From Octopus sinensis (Eukaryota), in assembly GCF_006345805.1 (NCBI RefSeq), contig NW_021833288.1:1-64000 (forward strand): a DNA stretch of 64,000 nucleotides, written 5' to 3'. The translations under genes were made by a program, and so were the position numbers. The notes under the pieces were generated by a model, which made no database searches, was not told the origin of the DNA, and saw only the letters and a list, made by a program, of their open reading frames with translations. Shown in pieces: positions 40,327 to 51,644 of the stretch (positions within the stretch are counted from its first letter, which is position 1; each line of letters begins with the position of its first letter).

Positions 40327-40759
40327 TTTATTTAATAAGATTTGGTTTTAAATATTATTTTAAATTTCCAATATTTATTAGACTCATTTAGCTCAAAAAT
40401 TCAATATTTAACACTTACCAATTAAATCTTTTTCTACTTGGTTTGGGTTCACATGATCAGTAAGTTTTCAAGAATATGCCAAATTTCCTGATAACTTTGA
40501 TTAAAACGAATGCAGAAGAAATAAGTATTTTGACAATTTGTGTCTATATAAAGACTTCTTATTATAAATTAACGTTTTTAGTTACTAATAACTAATTAAT
40601 CTGTATAATTCTCCTCCTTTTTGAACCGCTGCACTGGATCTGCGTATTCTCCTCCTCTAACACTTCATATGACACATGAGACACATCTTCCGGCTTTGTG
40701 TCTATATAGATAATTAATTATTTGAACTTATTTGTGTGCACAACCTTCTTTTTTAGAGA

Positions 40760-43468
40760 TTAAAGAAACCAGAATAGTATTTTATAAAACAAAAATAAAA
40801 ATACATTTTCATTAACACCCGAAAAAGTAGACCTTCTCTTTGAACTTTGACAACAAAGTTCGACCAAAAAATCAATATGCTTTCTACAAAAGAATTTTTT
40901 ATTTGAATCCTTCACAAGCCGCCCGTCAAAATGATAATTGCAATATGAAGTCGTGCACAACGAACAGCAAAATGAAGCTCGAACACCACAGATGTCACAG
41001 AAATGCCAAGGACATAACCAAATTCCTTGACGATTCTCTGATTTCATTTTAACACATCGATTATGATATCGCCCTCCGCACTCATAACAGGCAATGTAAT
41101 TATTTGTGGCAGGTATTTTACACTTAAAACAAATTCGTTCATTTTTCTTTGTTTTCTTAACATCATTATTTGTTCCTTTATCAGGCAGACCGAGAGAACC
41201 CGTGCATTTATCTGAACCGCAGTTACACACTAGCCGATCAGTGCCAATATATTTAAAATTATAATTAAAAGTTAGTTCAGTATCTAAAAATAAAAAAACA
41301 TGTATTTACAAACTGGCTGGAATGTCTTTCAAAGCAAAAAACCCGACTCGATATTCTCCGTGGACATTCCAGATTTGAGTAGTCAAATTAGGATCGCAAC
41401 TATGATTTATAAATCTGGATAGATTCCCTTTGTATTTAGCATCAATAACACTATTTCATATTTTTATTAATCAACCGGTTTTTTCCAATGTCCATAAAAT
41501 AGAAATTCTTATCGTCGATTATGTGAAGATGCTTGAGACGTTTATTCACCTCTTCTTCGTTTATAATTTCCCCCACATATTCGTTAATAAACTCCCCCTT
41601 TGATAATATTATAAAGAAAAACTTTTTTTAAATCTTCTTTTACTCTCAGTCCAAACCCAGTACTGGTCGTTCGGAAACACTCTTGTTTGGGGTAGCGACG
41701 ACGAGTAAACTGCTGATTCTTACATTTTTTGCCATTTGGACACAACAATGGATGGCATTCGTACATGAGATAGCGATTAAAGCATTTCTCTGTGGAGCAT
41801 AACTCTTCCTCCGTACAATCACACTGAGGCAATTTAGAAATATTTATCTTGGTAGGCTTGACACTCCCAAAATATTTATTTGTCTATAATCACAGAGTAA
41901 ATGTATTTAAATACTTTAATTTTTTCAAAGTCTAGAGTAGTTGATTCTCTAAAGTAATTCACATCAATGTTGTTTCGCCTCTGTCCATTCAGCAGCGGCA
42001 TTTTCGGCGATAGAAATTGCTAAGAAATTAAATAATGTAAATACCTTCCAAATATTTAATATCTAAGGTGTTTCGACCCAATTTTACATTCATGTCATCC
42101 CCGATATGAAATTTAAAAACTCTAAAAATTACCAAAAAATGTTTAAACGTTGATTTATTAGCCCAGGCATGTTTTGTCAGCAAAAAACATAACAATAAAC
42201 TCCCCTCGTTTATGTTTACTTTGGGCAGTATTTACAGGTATCAACTCGGGGATGCAAATTTCAGCTGGCCACCACCTAATAATAAGTAAATTACATTAAC
42301 TAACCGATAACTCCCGAGCTTCATCCATACAATATCGCCATATAACGGCCCACACTCCAGATATGCAATCATTACATCGCCACTGTTCACTCTGATACGG
42401 TTCTTGCTTCATGTTGAGGCACTTCATATGGAAGGATGCAGAACAAGTGTCACAGCACAGGATCTTTCCTCCTAAAAATTTATATTCCCAAATCACCTTC
42501 CGAACAGATGAAACAAAAGCTAATGTTCTGTTTAACAGATTTCAAATGGTCAGGGCAAATAATATATTCGCTAGAAAATAAACTAGACCCAGCAGGGAGA
42601 CAATAATAGCTTCCATGATATGTATTTGGACACATTAAACAGGATATAAGTTTCACTAATTCTACTAAAAAATAATAAAACTTTTTGAATGTTCCTTTGG
42701 ATTCTGACGGCGTAGAGCAAAACAAGTGACACAGTAATGCCTTGGACAGTAAAATGTCTTGTGTCGACCATTACATGCATCTCCTCGGAACACAGTTAAG
42801 CAATTTGAGTCATAGTGAAGATTGCAACCTGAATAACCACACATTCTAAGACAAATATTATTCTTCCTACAGCTAAAACATGCTTCTTTATTGATAGCTA
42901 AATCATAAAATAACAGAACCCCACATTTAACGTAGTATAGGCATCCTTCGCAGTAGTAATGACTTTTATACAAAACAAGACATTTAGAATGAAACATTTT
43001 TTTGCATTGCCCCTCACATGCTTGAAACTTTGATTGGTTTACAGAATCTTCGATCAATTTTTTGTCACATTCATAACAATATTCTTGGAGTTCAGATTCC
43101 ACATTTTTCAGTTTAGTTAAATCTCCAATTGTTGATTTTATGTGTGTAAATTGCAGTCTCCGTTCAACTTTCTTGTCACAGCTTTGGACTAGCTTTTCGA
43201 TTTTTTTCTAAATTGGAGTTTATTTTAGATTTCAACCTCAAGACTGGATATTGAAAAACTACTTACACTATCTTTATCTACTAATTCTGACGATGGTGAA
43301 GAAGAAAAAACAGAATCCGAAGCTGGACGTTGTTTTCCCAATATATGTTCTATTTAAAAGATGGCTTAATCGGAAAAAAAGAATTTGTATTGCAATTATC
43401 AAAATATAATTTAATAGTGTAAGATTTTTAAAATGTATAAATTGATACTAACCAGGTACAACATCCAT
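40760..43468 (-). pseudogene. NSD: NSD/Mes-4 H3K36 methyltransferase, copy 1 (frameshifted in this sequence)
   Basis: Same gene as 57208-59914 but with indels near 42351 (+1), 42170 (-2) and 41979 (-2), and loss of the terminal exon near 40805. Could be sequencing error. Confidence 0.7.
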
Positions 43469-45119
43469 TACTTTATATCGAGAATAATTAAAATTTAAAT
43501 TTAATAATCATAGTTATTATTTAAAATTTTTTAATAATATTAAAGTTTAATAGGAAAATTCAAAAATAGCAGCTAACTTCATAGTATAAAAAATGCATAT
43601 CCATGCTCGAATACAGATGATTGTCCGAACAGTGGATATTTCAAAATTTCTCATAATAAGCAAAGAGCTAAGGAGTCAAAATTAAGCAATAAAATAAAAA
43701 ATCAATATTATATTGAGCGTGATTGATAATTACGCGATGTCATGCGCTATAAGAAACCATATGCAACACAATAGGTCTGTACTTCCGAGATCTTTTTCCA
43801 TTTTAATCGATTCTGAACAATTACAAGCAAAGTGTCACTTTTAAGTGTACGCGCCTAATACTTCTTTGAATAAATTGACTAATCCCATTTTTATCAAATG
43901 AAACATTTCGCTTGCCGATAAGGAGCACAAAGAGAAACATTTTTTTTCTTGAAAGATTCACCGATAGCAATGCGTTTTCATTTGTCATCGAATAAACATA
44001 ATTGTTAGAAAAGTGTAAGTTAAAGCCAGATTCATTGAAGAAAATAATTTACTGATTTCTTCTAAGCACCATATCAGATGCTTATTTCCTTTTTTATGTA
44101 CATCATAAAGGGTTATCGAAAATCTTCTTAATTTCTTTTTGGTTAGGCCACCTTCTTTGCAAAATACTTATTTTTTGTTTTTAGATAATAATTTTTTTCT
44201 TAGGAAGGTTTTTCGCAGCTTTAAGTTTTTATTTGATTAAAGAGATTTTCGCCAACTTGATATTTTTGATTTAAATGATTTTTGTCCATTTCTATTATGT
44301 ACGTAATTTTGGAACAGTTACGTTCATTTTGTAAATCGTAATAAGACGATGACCAATATTTGGTATTTGATACAAAAAGGTAAATATTATCCATTTCTCC
44401 GACTTCCTGTCTTTTAAACAGAAATGCATCGATAATTTTGGAACTGAATTTAATAAAAGACACACGTGAGACCCGGTGGTTTCTCCAGTAGATATCCGTT
44501 GCTATCGTGAGAGGCAACGCAACGTCAATAATGTTGGCGGGGTCCACTTTGGATAGATGGCTTTGTTAACTTCTATAGTAAATTACAGTAACTTTGCTCT
44601 AATAGAAATTTGTCAATAAAAGAACCGGTTATTTAAAAAAATAAACTTTTAAAAAGAAAAATATTTTTAAAAAATTCAATTTTACTTGTGAACTAGTTTA
44701 AAAACTGCTCATTCTATTATGGGAACTGTACACCGAACACTTTCTTATGGAGGCCAAATTTCTTAAAAATATCAAAAAAGTATGATTGAATAAATAAAAA
44801 ATGCATGGCCTTGTAAAAGAATTTTGTGGATTATAAATGACGAAGTGGTGTTTATTAAGTTTCGTATTTCTACACTATCGAAAAGTTTTCATAAAATCTA
44901 AAAGAATAACACTTTATGAAGAATAATACGCAAGCTTTTCGAATAAATAAGATTTTTTCTCATTTTTTGGCAAATAAACTGTTACCCGTAAGTCCTGAAA
45001 TCTCTCCTAGTATTCAATAAGGAAGCTGACTCCTCTGAACATCTCAGTTCTTTTCTTTAATCAATGGACTATTAGTTGCTCTGACAATTCGATCGTTATA
45101 GTTTTCGAGTTTTCAGTCA

Positions 45120-45360
45120 TGGTCTCTAACGTTTTAATGTATCAAAATTATTTGAATGTAAAAAATCTGGTATGCCGGGTTATTACAAACTTTACAAAAT
45201 TTCAATATCGGAAAGACAGCCTTAGTTTTGATGAAGAGTTTCCTCTCGGACAGAGAATTGTTGAGATGTATAATGAATTCTATTTCACTTTGAAGCGTTC
45301 AATTATCGAACAACTTATAAAAGATTGCGAAATTGGTGTGCCATTAAAAATATTCTAAAT
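45120..45360 (+). mobile_element. Possible integrase zinc-binding-domain fragment (Gypsy/Ginger-like)
   Basis: MYNEFYFTLKRSIIEQLIKDCEI resembles the helix-CxxC end of integrase zinc-binding domains; very decayed. Confidence 0.3.
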
Positions 45361-46189
45361 AAGTCAACCCTCTCTATAACCCTAGGCACCTTAAGATGCC
45401 ACGGACAAATGGTAGGAATGACGCGAAAAATTCGAAAAATTATTTTATTATTTAAGTAAATTTACTTTAAATCGTCTGATTGAATTACTCGAGGAACTTT
45501 ATGTATTTGTGAGTCAGCAAAATCGCCAGTTACATAATATTTTTTGATAAAAAGTTTTGTCGTGATAGAAAAAGTTTGGGAAACCTTTTTCTATAGTGAA
45601 CAAAACGTTCATGTCAGAACATCATATTTACAATTCTCTATAGCGAAGAAAAAAATGAGCAAGGAATCAAAATAACAATAAACAAAATTAAAGTATAATT
45701 ACAACGATTATTTAGAGATTTCATTCATGTAATCGGTGATTTTTTGAGAATGATTAGTTTGATAATTTCTTAAAATTTTTTGTAATTTCGTATATTTTTC
45801 TTCTTTCTTTATAATCATTCTCAAGAAACCATAATTCAAGCGCCATCGCATACTCACTAGCTTCATATAGAGTCGGAAAATAATTTTATTCATCTTCCTC
45901 TTCAACTTGGTCTTGCTATTTTGTTTTCCTCTAAAAGTTCGGTATAAAGTTTTTGTCGTCAATTTGGAGGTCTATTTTGATCGGCACAAACGAATTTCTC
46001 TCTGTGTCATATAGTGTCGGAACATTAATTTTTTCCTCTTGAATTTTGTCTTGGTGTTTTAGTTTTTTCAAGAAGTTCTGTTTTCGTCATCAATCTGACG
46101 ATGCAAAATGGATTTTTAAATAAAGATCTTGCGTGGGAATTGCCATTCCATCTTATCCTCTGCTGCTAATTAAATACTAAATAAAAGAT

Positions 46190-47954
46190 CCGCCGCGACT
46201 CTGTGCTGGAATCTTTAACAGTGTCCGCCGCGACTCTGTGCTGGAATCTTGCTTTCTTCGTTGCCCATCCATTTATCGGTTCGTGCACCAAAGCTACGGC
46301 TCTCCTACTCTTCTTATCTCCGGCTCTTCTACCATTATTTCCGCCACCGGTGTACAACAGGGCGATCCTCTCGGCCCTCTCCTTTTTTCGCTGGCCATCG
46401 ATGAAGCGGTCCGCTCGTGCACTTCTGAGTTCAACGTCTGGTACCTCGACGACGCCTCCATTGGAGGCCCGGCCGATAGTGTTGTAAATGACCTGAACAA
46501 TGTGTCTCCGATACTGGCTTCTATAGGCCTTACCGTGAACCCACAAAAATCAGAGATTTTCAATATTGGATACGACCATGCACTCTTTACTCTGGAAATC
46601 CAGCCCCTTTTCGATCATCATCTCCCAGCCATACGCACCGTTCTGCCCGAAGAACTTACTCTTCTCGGTACGCCTCTATTCTCGTCCGGAATCCCATCTT
46701 TCCTCCGCGCTAAACTTCTTAATATGGAAAAATCATTCGACACTCTGAAATCCATCGACGCCCATGTGGCTTTCTTTCTACTGAAGAACTTTTTTGCCTT
46801 TCCTCGTTTGGAGTACGCACTTCGCACTTCTCCCTGTTTCCGATTCCCGGATGCAGTCGGAGAATTTGATTCGCTGCTCAGGAATGCCCTCGTTCAAATC
46901 TCAAACGTACATTTTGACGAAATGGGCTGGAAACAGGCTATCCTGCCTATCAGGCACGGGGGTCTCGGATTCCAAGCCCCCTCGGTCCTCTCCTTGCCAT
47001 GCTTTCTTTCTTCCTCTCACCGATGCATGCCTCTCGTAGTCCAGATCCTTCCTCCTCCCTCTGGATCGCTCACGGACTCAGAGCTTTCATACGGCACATC
47101 GTTGTGGACAGATTGCGGACTAAATACTCCTGTTGACCTATGCCTTATGCGCGAGTGGACGGAGATCAGCAGCTCTCAGTCTTTCCGGTACTTACTGTCT
47201 CACGGAGACCAACACCGGCGTGCTTGTCTGTTGTCAGGAGCATCTCCACGGACTGGCGCCTGGATCAACGCTTATCCTTCCCCCGCAGCTGGAACCTTCC
47301 TGGACCCAGACTGTTTAAGAATCGGAATATCTCTCCGACTCGGCTTGGACATTTGCCAGCCTCACCAATGCCGTTGCGGGGCTCATATAGACCGCAAAGG
47401 TCTACACCCGCTCTCCTGCCGCAAATGCCCTGGGAGGTTCCCCAGGCACGGACAGCTTAATTCCATAATAAAGCGTCTGCTCGAGGCAACCGGCATCCCG
47501 TGCCAGCTGGAGCCCTCTGGCCTTAACAGGGGCGATGGCAAGAGGCCGGACGGCGTCTCGCTCTTCCCGTTCAAGTGCGGCAAAGCGATCGTCTGGGACG
47601 CGACATGCTCTGACACTTTTGCGTCAACATGCCTTCTCGCGTCCGCGATCGAAGCTGGCACAGCGGCGAGGAGGGCAGAGACCCGGAAGAAAGACAAGTA
47701 CGCCTCGCTCGCCGACAGATTCCTCTTTGTGCCTGTTTCAGTCGAAACATCAGGCACATTCGGCCCAGCCACGCTACGTTTTCTCACCGAGAGAGGCCGT
47801 CACCTCGGGAGGATTAGAAACGACCCCCGTGAGGTCAATCGGCTTTTTGAGCGCGTCTCAATAGCCGTACTCAGGGGGAACAGTTTCTCTATTCTCTCTG
47901 CGGCTAGTAGCTGACTCCCCGTTCCATTTTCTTTCCTAGTTTAAAAATATTTCA
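46190..47954 (+). mobile_element. 5'-truncated CRE-like non-LTR retrotransposon, young insertion
   Basis: 12-bp TSD TAAATAAAAGAT (46178-46189, 47955-47966); empty site at 62370-62381; clearly more GC-rich than its flanks. Confidence 0.92.
46238..47914 (+). CDS. Uninterrupted RT + Zn-knuckle + restriction-like endonuclease ORF (N-truncated)
   Basis: GVQQGDPLGPLLF, WYLDD, LPIRHGGLG, CRCG...HPLSC, RHGQLN, KRPDG...WD...RKKDKY in one 558-codon frame with no introns. Confidence 0.9.
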   Translation: MLESCFLRCPSIYRFVHQSYGSPTLLISGSSTIISATGVQQGDPLGPLLFSLAIDEAVRSCTSEFNVWYLDDASIGGPADSVVNDLNNVSPILASIGLTVNPQKSEIFNIGYDHALFTLEIQPLFDHHLPAIRTVLPEELTLLGTPLFSSGIPSFLRAKLLNMEKSFDTLKSIDAHVAFFLLKNFFAFPRLEYALRTSPCFRFPDAVGEFDSLLRNALVQISNVHFDEMGWKQAILPIRHGGLGFQAPSVLSLPCFLSSSHRCMPLVVQILPPPSGSLTDSELSYGTSLWTDCGLNTPVDLCLMREWTEISSSQSFRYLLSHGDQHRRACLLSGASPRTGAWINAYPSPAAGTFLDPDCLRIGISLRLGLDICQPHQCRCGAHIDRKGLHPLSCRKCPGRFPRHGQLNSIIKRLLEATGIPCQLEPSGLNRGDGKRPDGVSLFPFKCGKAIVWDATCSDTFASTCLLASAIEAGTAARRAETRKKDKYASLADRFLFVPVSVETSGTFGPATLRFLTERGRHLGRIRNDPREVNRLFERVSIAVLRGNSFSILSAASS

Positions 47955-49089
47955 TAAATAAAAGATTCTTTTTTTTTCTTTAAATAATTTATTACAAGAG
48001 AATTTAAAAGATTTTAAACATGTATAGGGAAAAGTGAAAATATAATACAAAATGAAACTAATTTAAACTCTAATGAATTCTAAGTTGTCAGTTAGAATTA
48101 AATTATTTAAAGTTGATTGGCTGTATTAATTCATTTTCTTACTTTTTGAGCCATTCCTTATCTCTCTAACTGCAATCTCTTGTCGACCATCATTAATCGG
48201 ATCCTCACTCCAGCATTGTTGTTTTATGACCACGTTTCCGTCGTCCTCAACTTTTTGTAGAGACTTTCGTTTTATAAATGAATGACCTCACTAATATCAC
48301 TTTTTGGAAGGTTCTTTTGTACAATAGACTGAATATATGCTCTCGTAATTATATCCACACCCAAAACAAATAGAAAAATATATATTCCATACATCGAATA
48401 TATAATGTCACCGGTTGAGAATGATACCAGGCTGACAACGATCGCGCAAAATCGATTTTGCCCAAGTGCCGTAACACCGGTAGTTAACGGCAGCGATCGA
48501 CAAATTTAAATACGAGTCATTAAGTTTTCAAACCTATCAGCAACGAACGGACTGCATTGAGAGCTCAGTCAAGTATGGCCAACCATTTCTGGACATTCTT
48601 CAAAACCTGCCAAACATATGGGAAATTGCCTGCTTTGTAAATGGCTGCTATTTCGTGCATTCAACACTCTCACAGATGGCGCGAATTGCCGTCCTGCCAT
48701 CCGAGGTTTGGTCTTGTGACTCGCGTGGCCTGTCTCTTTCCTGAAATGATTAGTTTGAATGGGTGCATGCATGTATGTCAGACATAAGGAAAATTTTTAT
48801 AAATGATGAAAAAACTCTACAAATTCTTTATGAAAAGACTCTAAATGGATGTTCTAACATACAGAATACATTCAGTTAATTACAATCAAAAAACTTTGTA
48901 AAGGATGCTAGTTAAATCAGGTACGGGTTAAGTACTGTATAATATGTTTAATTTCTTCTCCGTCTTTTTCAAGTGAGATACAAAAAATCAACAAACTCTA
49001 AAGATTTTTTAAAAATAAAAATTAAAGTTATTATTTAACTTCAAATAAAATTTGCAAAATTATCAAAAAAGTAAATAAGATTAACGTGT

Positions 49090-50392
49090 CTACCACATGA
49101 ATCTCTGAGAACTGCCGAAATCTTTACTGTAAAATGGAAAATACAAAAAAATGATAATTGTAACGAAATTAATAAAAATAAGAACAAAAACGTTTATATA
49201 AAGCAATATATTTCTATTCTCTGCAGCACGAAATTCTCTAGTCAAAAGTACAGCAGGAATAACAAAATAACGTAATTCAAACAATTTATTAGGAACAAAA
49301 CTCATGGCAGTACAAAAGAAAAATAAACACTTCCAAAAAAATGATTTATGAACAAGTGCCGAAGATACTAAATAAATAGCCATTAAATAAACTGGGGTAT
49401 AAAGATACTGCTGAAATAAAAACAATTTAAAAAAATATCGCCAAATGTAAAATACATAGTGACGATGATCCGATATTAGATAAATATGTTCAAAAGTGAA
49501 AAATCGAATAACAAAAATGATTGAAATACTAATTAAAATGCTTTTTAAAGAAAAAATCGAAAATGATGAGTAAGGAATGGAATATAGATTAAGACAAAAC
49601 ATATATGCCAGAAAGTAAAGCATTTGGGCTAAATGAAAAGTGGGTTGATGTGCAGAACGATCCCCAATTACAAGAGCTCCATTTATAAGAAAAAATAATA
49701 CGGTGAGAGCTCCGGTAATTACAAATGGCCAATCTCTCAACAGCAGCTTTCTTAACGTAAAACGGGAATTGCAATAAGGTAACAAATAGCAGTAAAAAAC
49801 CCACACAATGTTAGACTGGCGAATAAAAACACTAAAAACGGCCACAAAAAATATGGTTAAACTATATAAAACAGTTTTCTGAAATATAAATCATAATAAA
49901 ATTACTTTGTATATTTCATGGATACGTAAAAAAAGTAGAAGGAGTACCGAAAGCATAGAAAGTTGATCCGTATAGTAGAGAAAGCTAAAGAAATAAATTG
50001 GAGGTATAAGCCATTGAGTCAGAGCAGAAATCACAGAATTAGACTAAAATTGTAAAGTTACACAAAACCGATTTGTCAAGCAAATAAATAAGAATAAGAT
50101 TAATTATAGATACTACAGAGTTGAAAAGTCGTAATAATGAAACAGAACAGGGAAAACCGGTCAGTTTAGAAATAAAAGCGGGAATTATGTACAGCCCTGG
50201 GGGAGTCGTTATATTTGGATCATACTTTAAAATTTAAGGCAGAAAATATACATATGTGAAGTTTCCAGAGCAATAATATTGCGTCTGTTTTATGTGAAAT
50301 ATTTCATCCATATAACTATCTTTTTGTTTTGAACAAAACTGCTGCAAAATAATAACATTTAAAGCAGACGTAACTAACAAGACCCAAATCAT
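49090..50392 (-). CDS. ALG10: ALG10 glucosyltransferase, copy 2
   Basis: Intact; four amino-acid differences from copy 1 in the last exon (L/V, P/Q, I/V, V/I in the ORF track). Confidence 0.93.
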
Positions 50393-51644
50393 ATTTTAAT
50401 TGAAAAATTAACTTCATTTATTTTAATAAAATAATATAGAAAGAGTTAGTGATTAAATTTTGATTAAGTCATTAATTCTCAAACTCCTTTATTATTAATA
50501 AGCACACCGAAAATCAACGTTAGCGAAGTTATCTCGCTTTTACCACTCTCTCTTGGATATGTTTTGTTAACCGCTTCCAGTTCCTTGTGTTTCTTAATAG
50601 TTCTTTTAGGAGTTCAAGGTCGTATGCTGATTTCAGCCTTTTTACAATCAAGGTTAGTTTAAGAGCATAGAAGAGTTAAGAGCGTAATCCGTGGTTTTCT
50701 CCTGAAGGTCGATCCAGGATGAGGAGCCTAGAGTTGTTCCATTCTTAAAATATGACAGAATAAGCCCATCTGCTACTTCTCATTTCTCCATCTAAGGGGT
50801 GTGTATTGTAGAGATATTTATTTGAGATGTGCTTTGGCCATAAAATTCTTAAAATGTATTCGAGCTATATTCTATGATAGGACTTCGGACTTTTCATTTA
50901 ATGGAGTACCCAGGTAGAGGAGTTGTACAGTAGAACCGAAAGCATAGAAAGTTGGTCAGAATATATTGTATATATTGTATAATTTACTGGTGTCGTAAAA
51001 TCTATATCATCTGCGTATAAAACTTCTCTTTTATTCATAAGGATAATTGATCCGTTACGAACTTTTCGAAAGATTGTCGGCAGATATACTATGAATAAAA
51101 CCGGCGATAAAGCGTCTCATTCGGGACGCCCTTGTTTGTTCTAAATAATTTAGATTTCTGCTTTCCCAACTGAATAAATAGTTGAGTGGAGAGAAGTAGA
51201 TAAAGAATTATTCGAATTCAATCGTTTTCGAGTAGTGGTGCTAATATTTGTATTATCTTGACTATGTGCTTAAAAGATATTTTTAAATACTTATTTAACA
51301 AAAAATATTCAAAATATCTAAGTGGTGCGTGAGATCAGTCAAAAAGCATTTTATTTAAATTTTGGATTATTCGAACGTTTATTTACTCTTTTGACATTCT
51401 ATACTATTTTCCATGCTAAATGATAATAGTTTCAACTAAATGGAACAATTTCAAATGATATTTCCAGCTAAATGGAACAATGTTAATAAATTGAAAATAA
51501 TTTTTTTTGTTTTAATTTTTACATAATTTAGATTAGATTAATTATTACATTATTTAAAATTTTCTTTTTTAAGAACGGTACGTAAAAGCAAAGAACAACA
51601 ATTATAATGGTCTATTAAAAAATCACGTATTTTTGATTTTTATA

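Larger units (their letters stand above)
33518..48535. repeat. Copy 1 of a ~15 kb tandem segmental duplication
   Basis: Identity to copy 2 starts at ATCAGCAACGAACGGACTGC (33518 vs 48536) and is traceable to AAACATGTAT (48025 vs 62440). 48026-48535 has no visible partner inside the window. Confidence 0.92.

Noticed and set aside
40592-40705. Exon-like segment (TKPEDV...SKRRRIIQIN*) downstream of NSD, also at 56927-57040
   Set aside because: Could not be joined in frame to NSD; copy 2 already terminates at 57208. Left unannotated.
45708-45962. Lys-rich 84-aa ORF duplicated at 61900-62154
   Set aside because: Conservation is explained by the recent duplication; no motif, and adjacent frames contain stops.
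46166-47864. Many overlapping ORFs on both strands
   Set aside because: By-products of the GC-rich retrotransposon ORF, where stops are rare in alternative frames.
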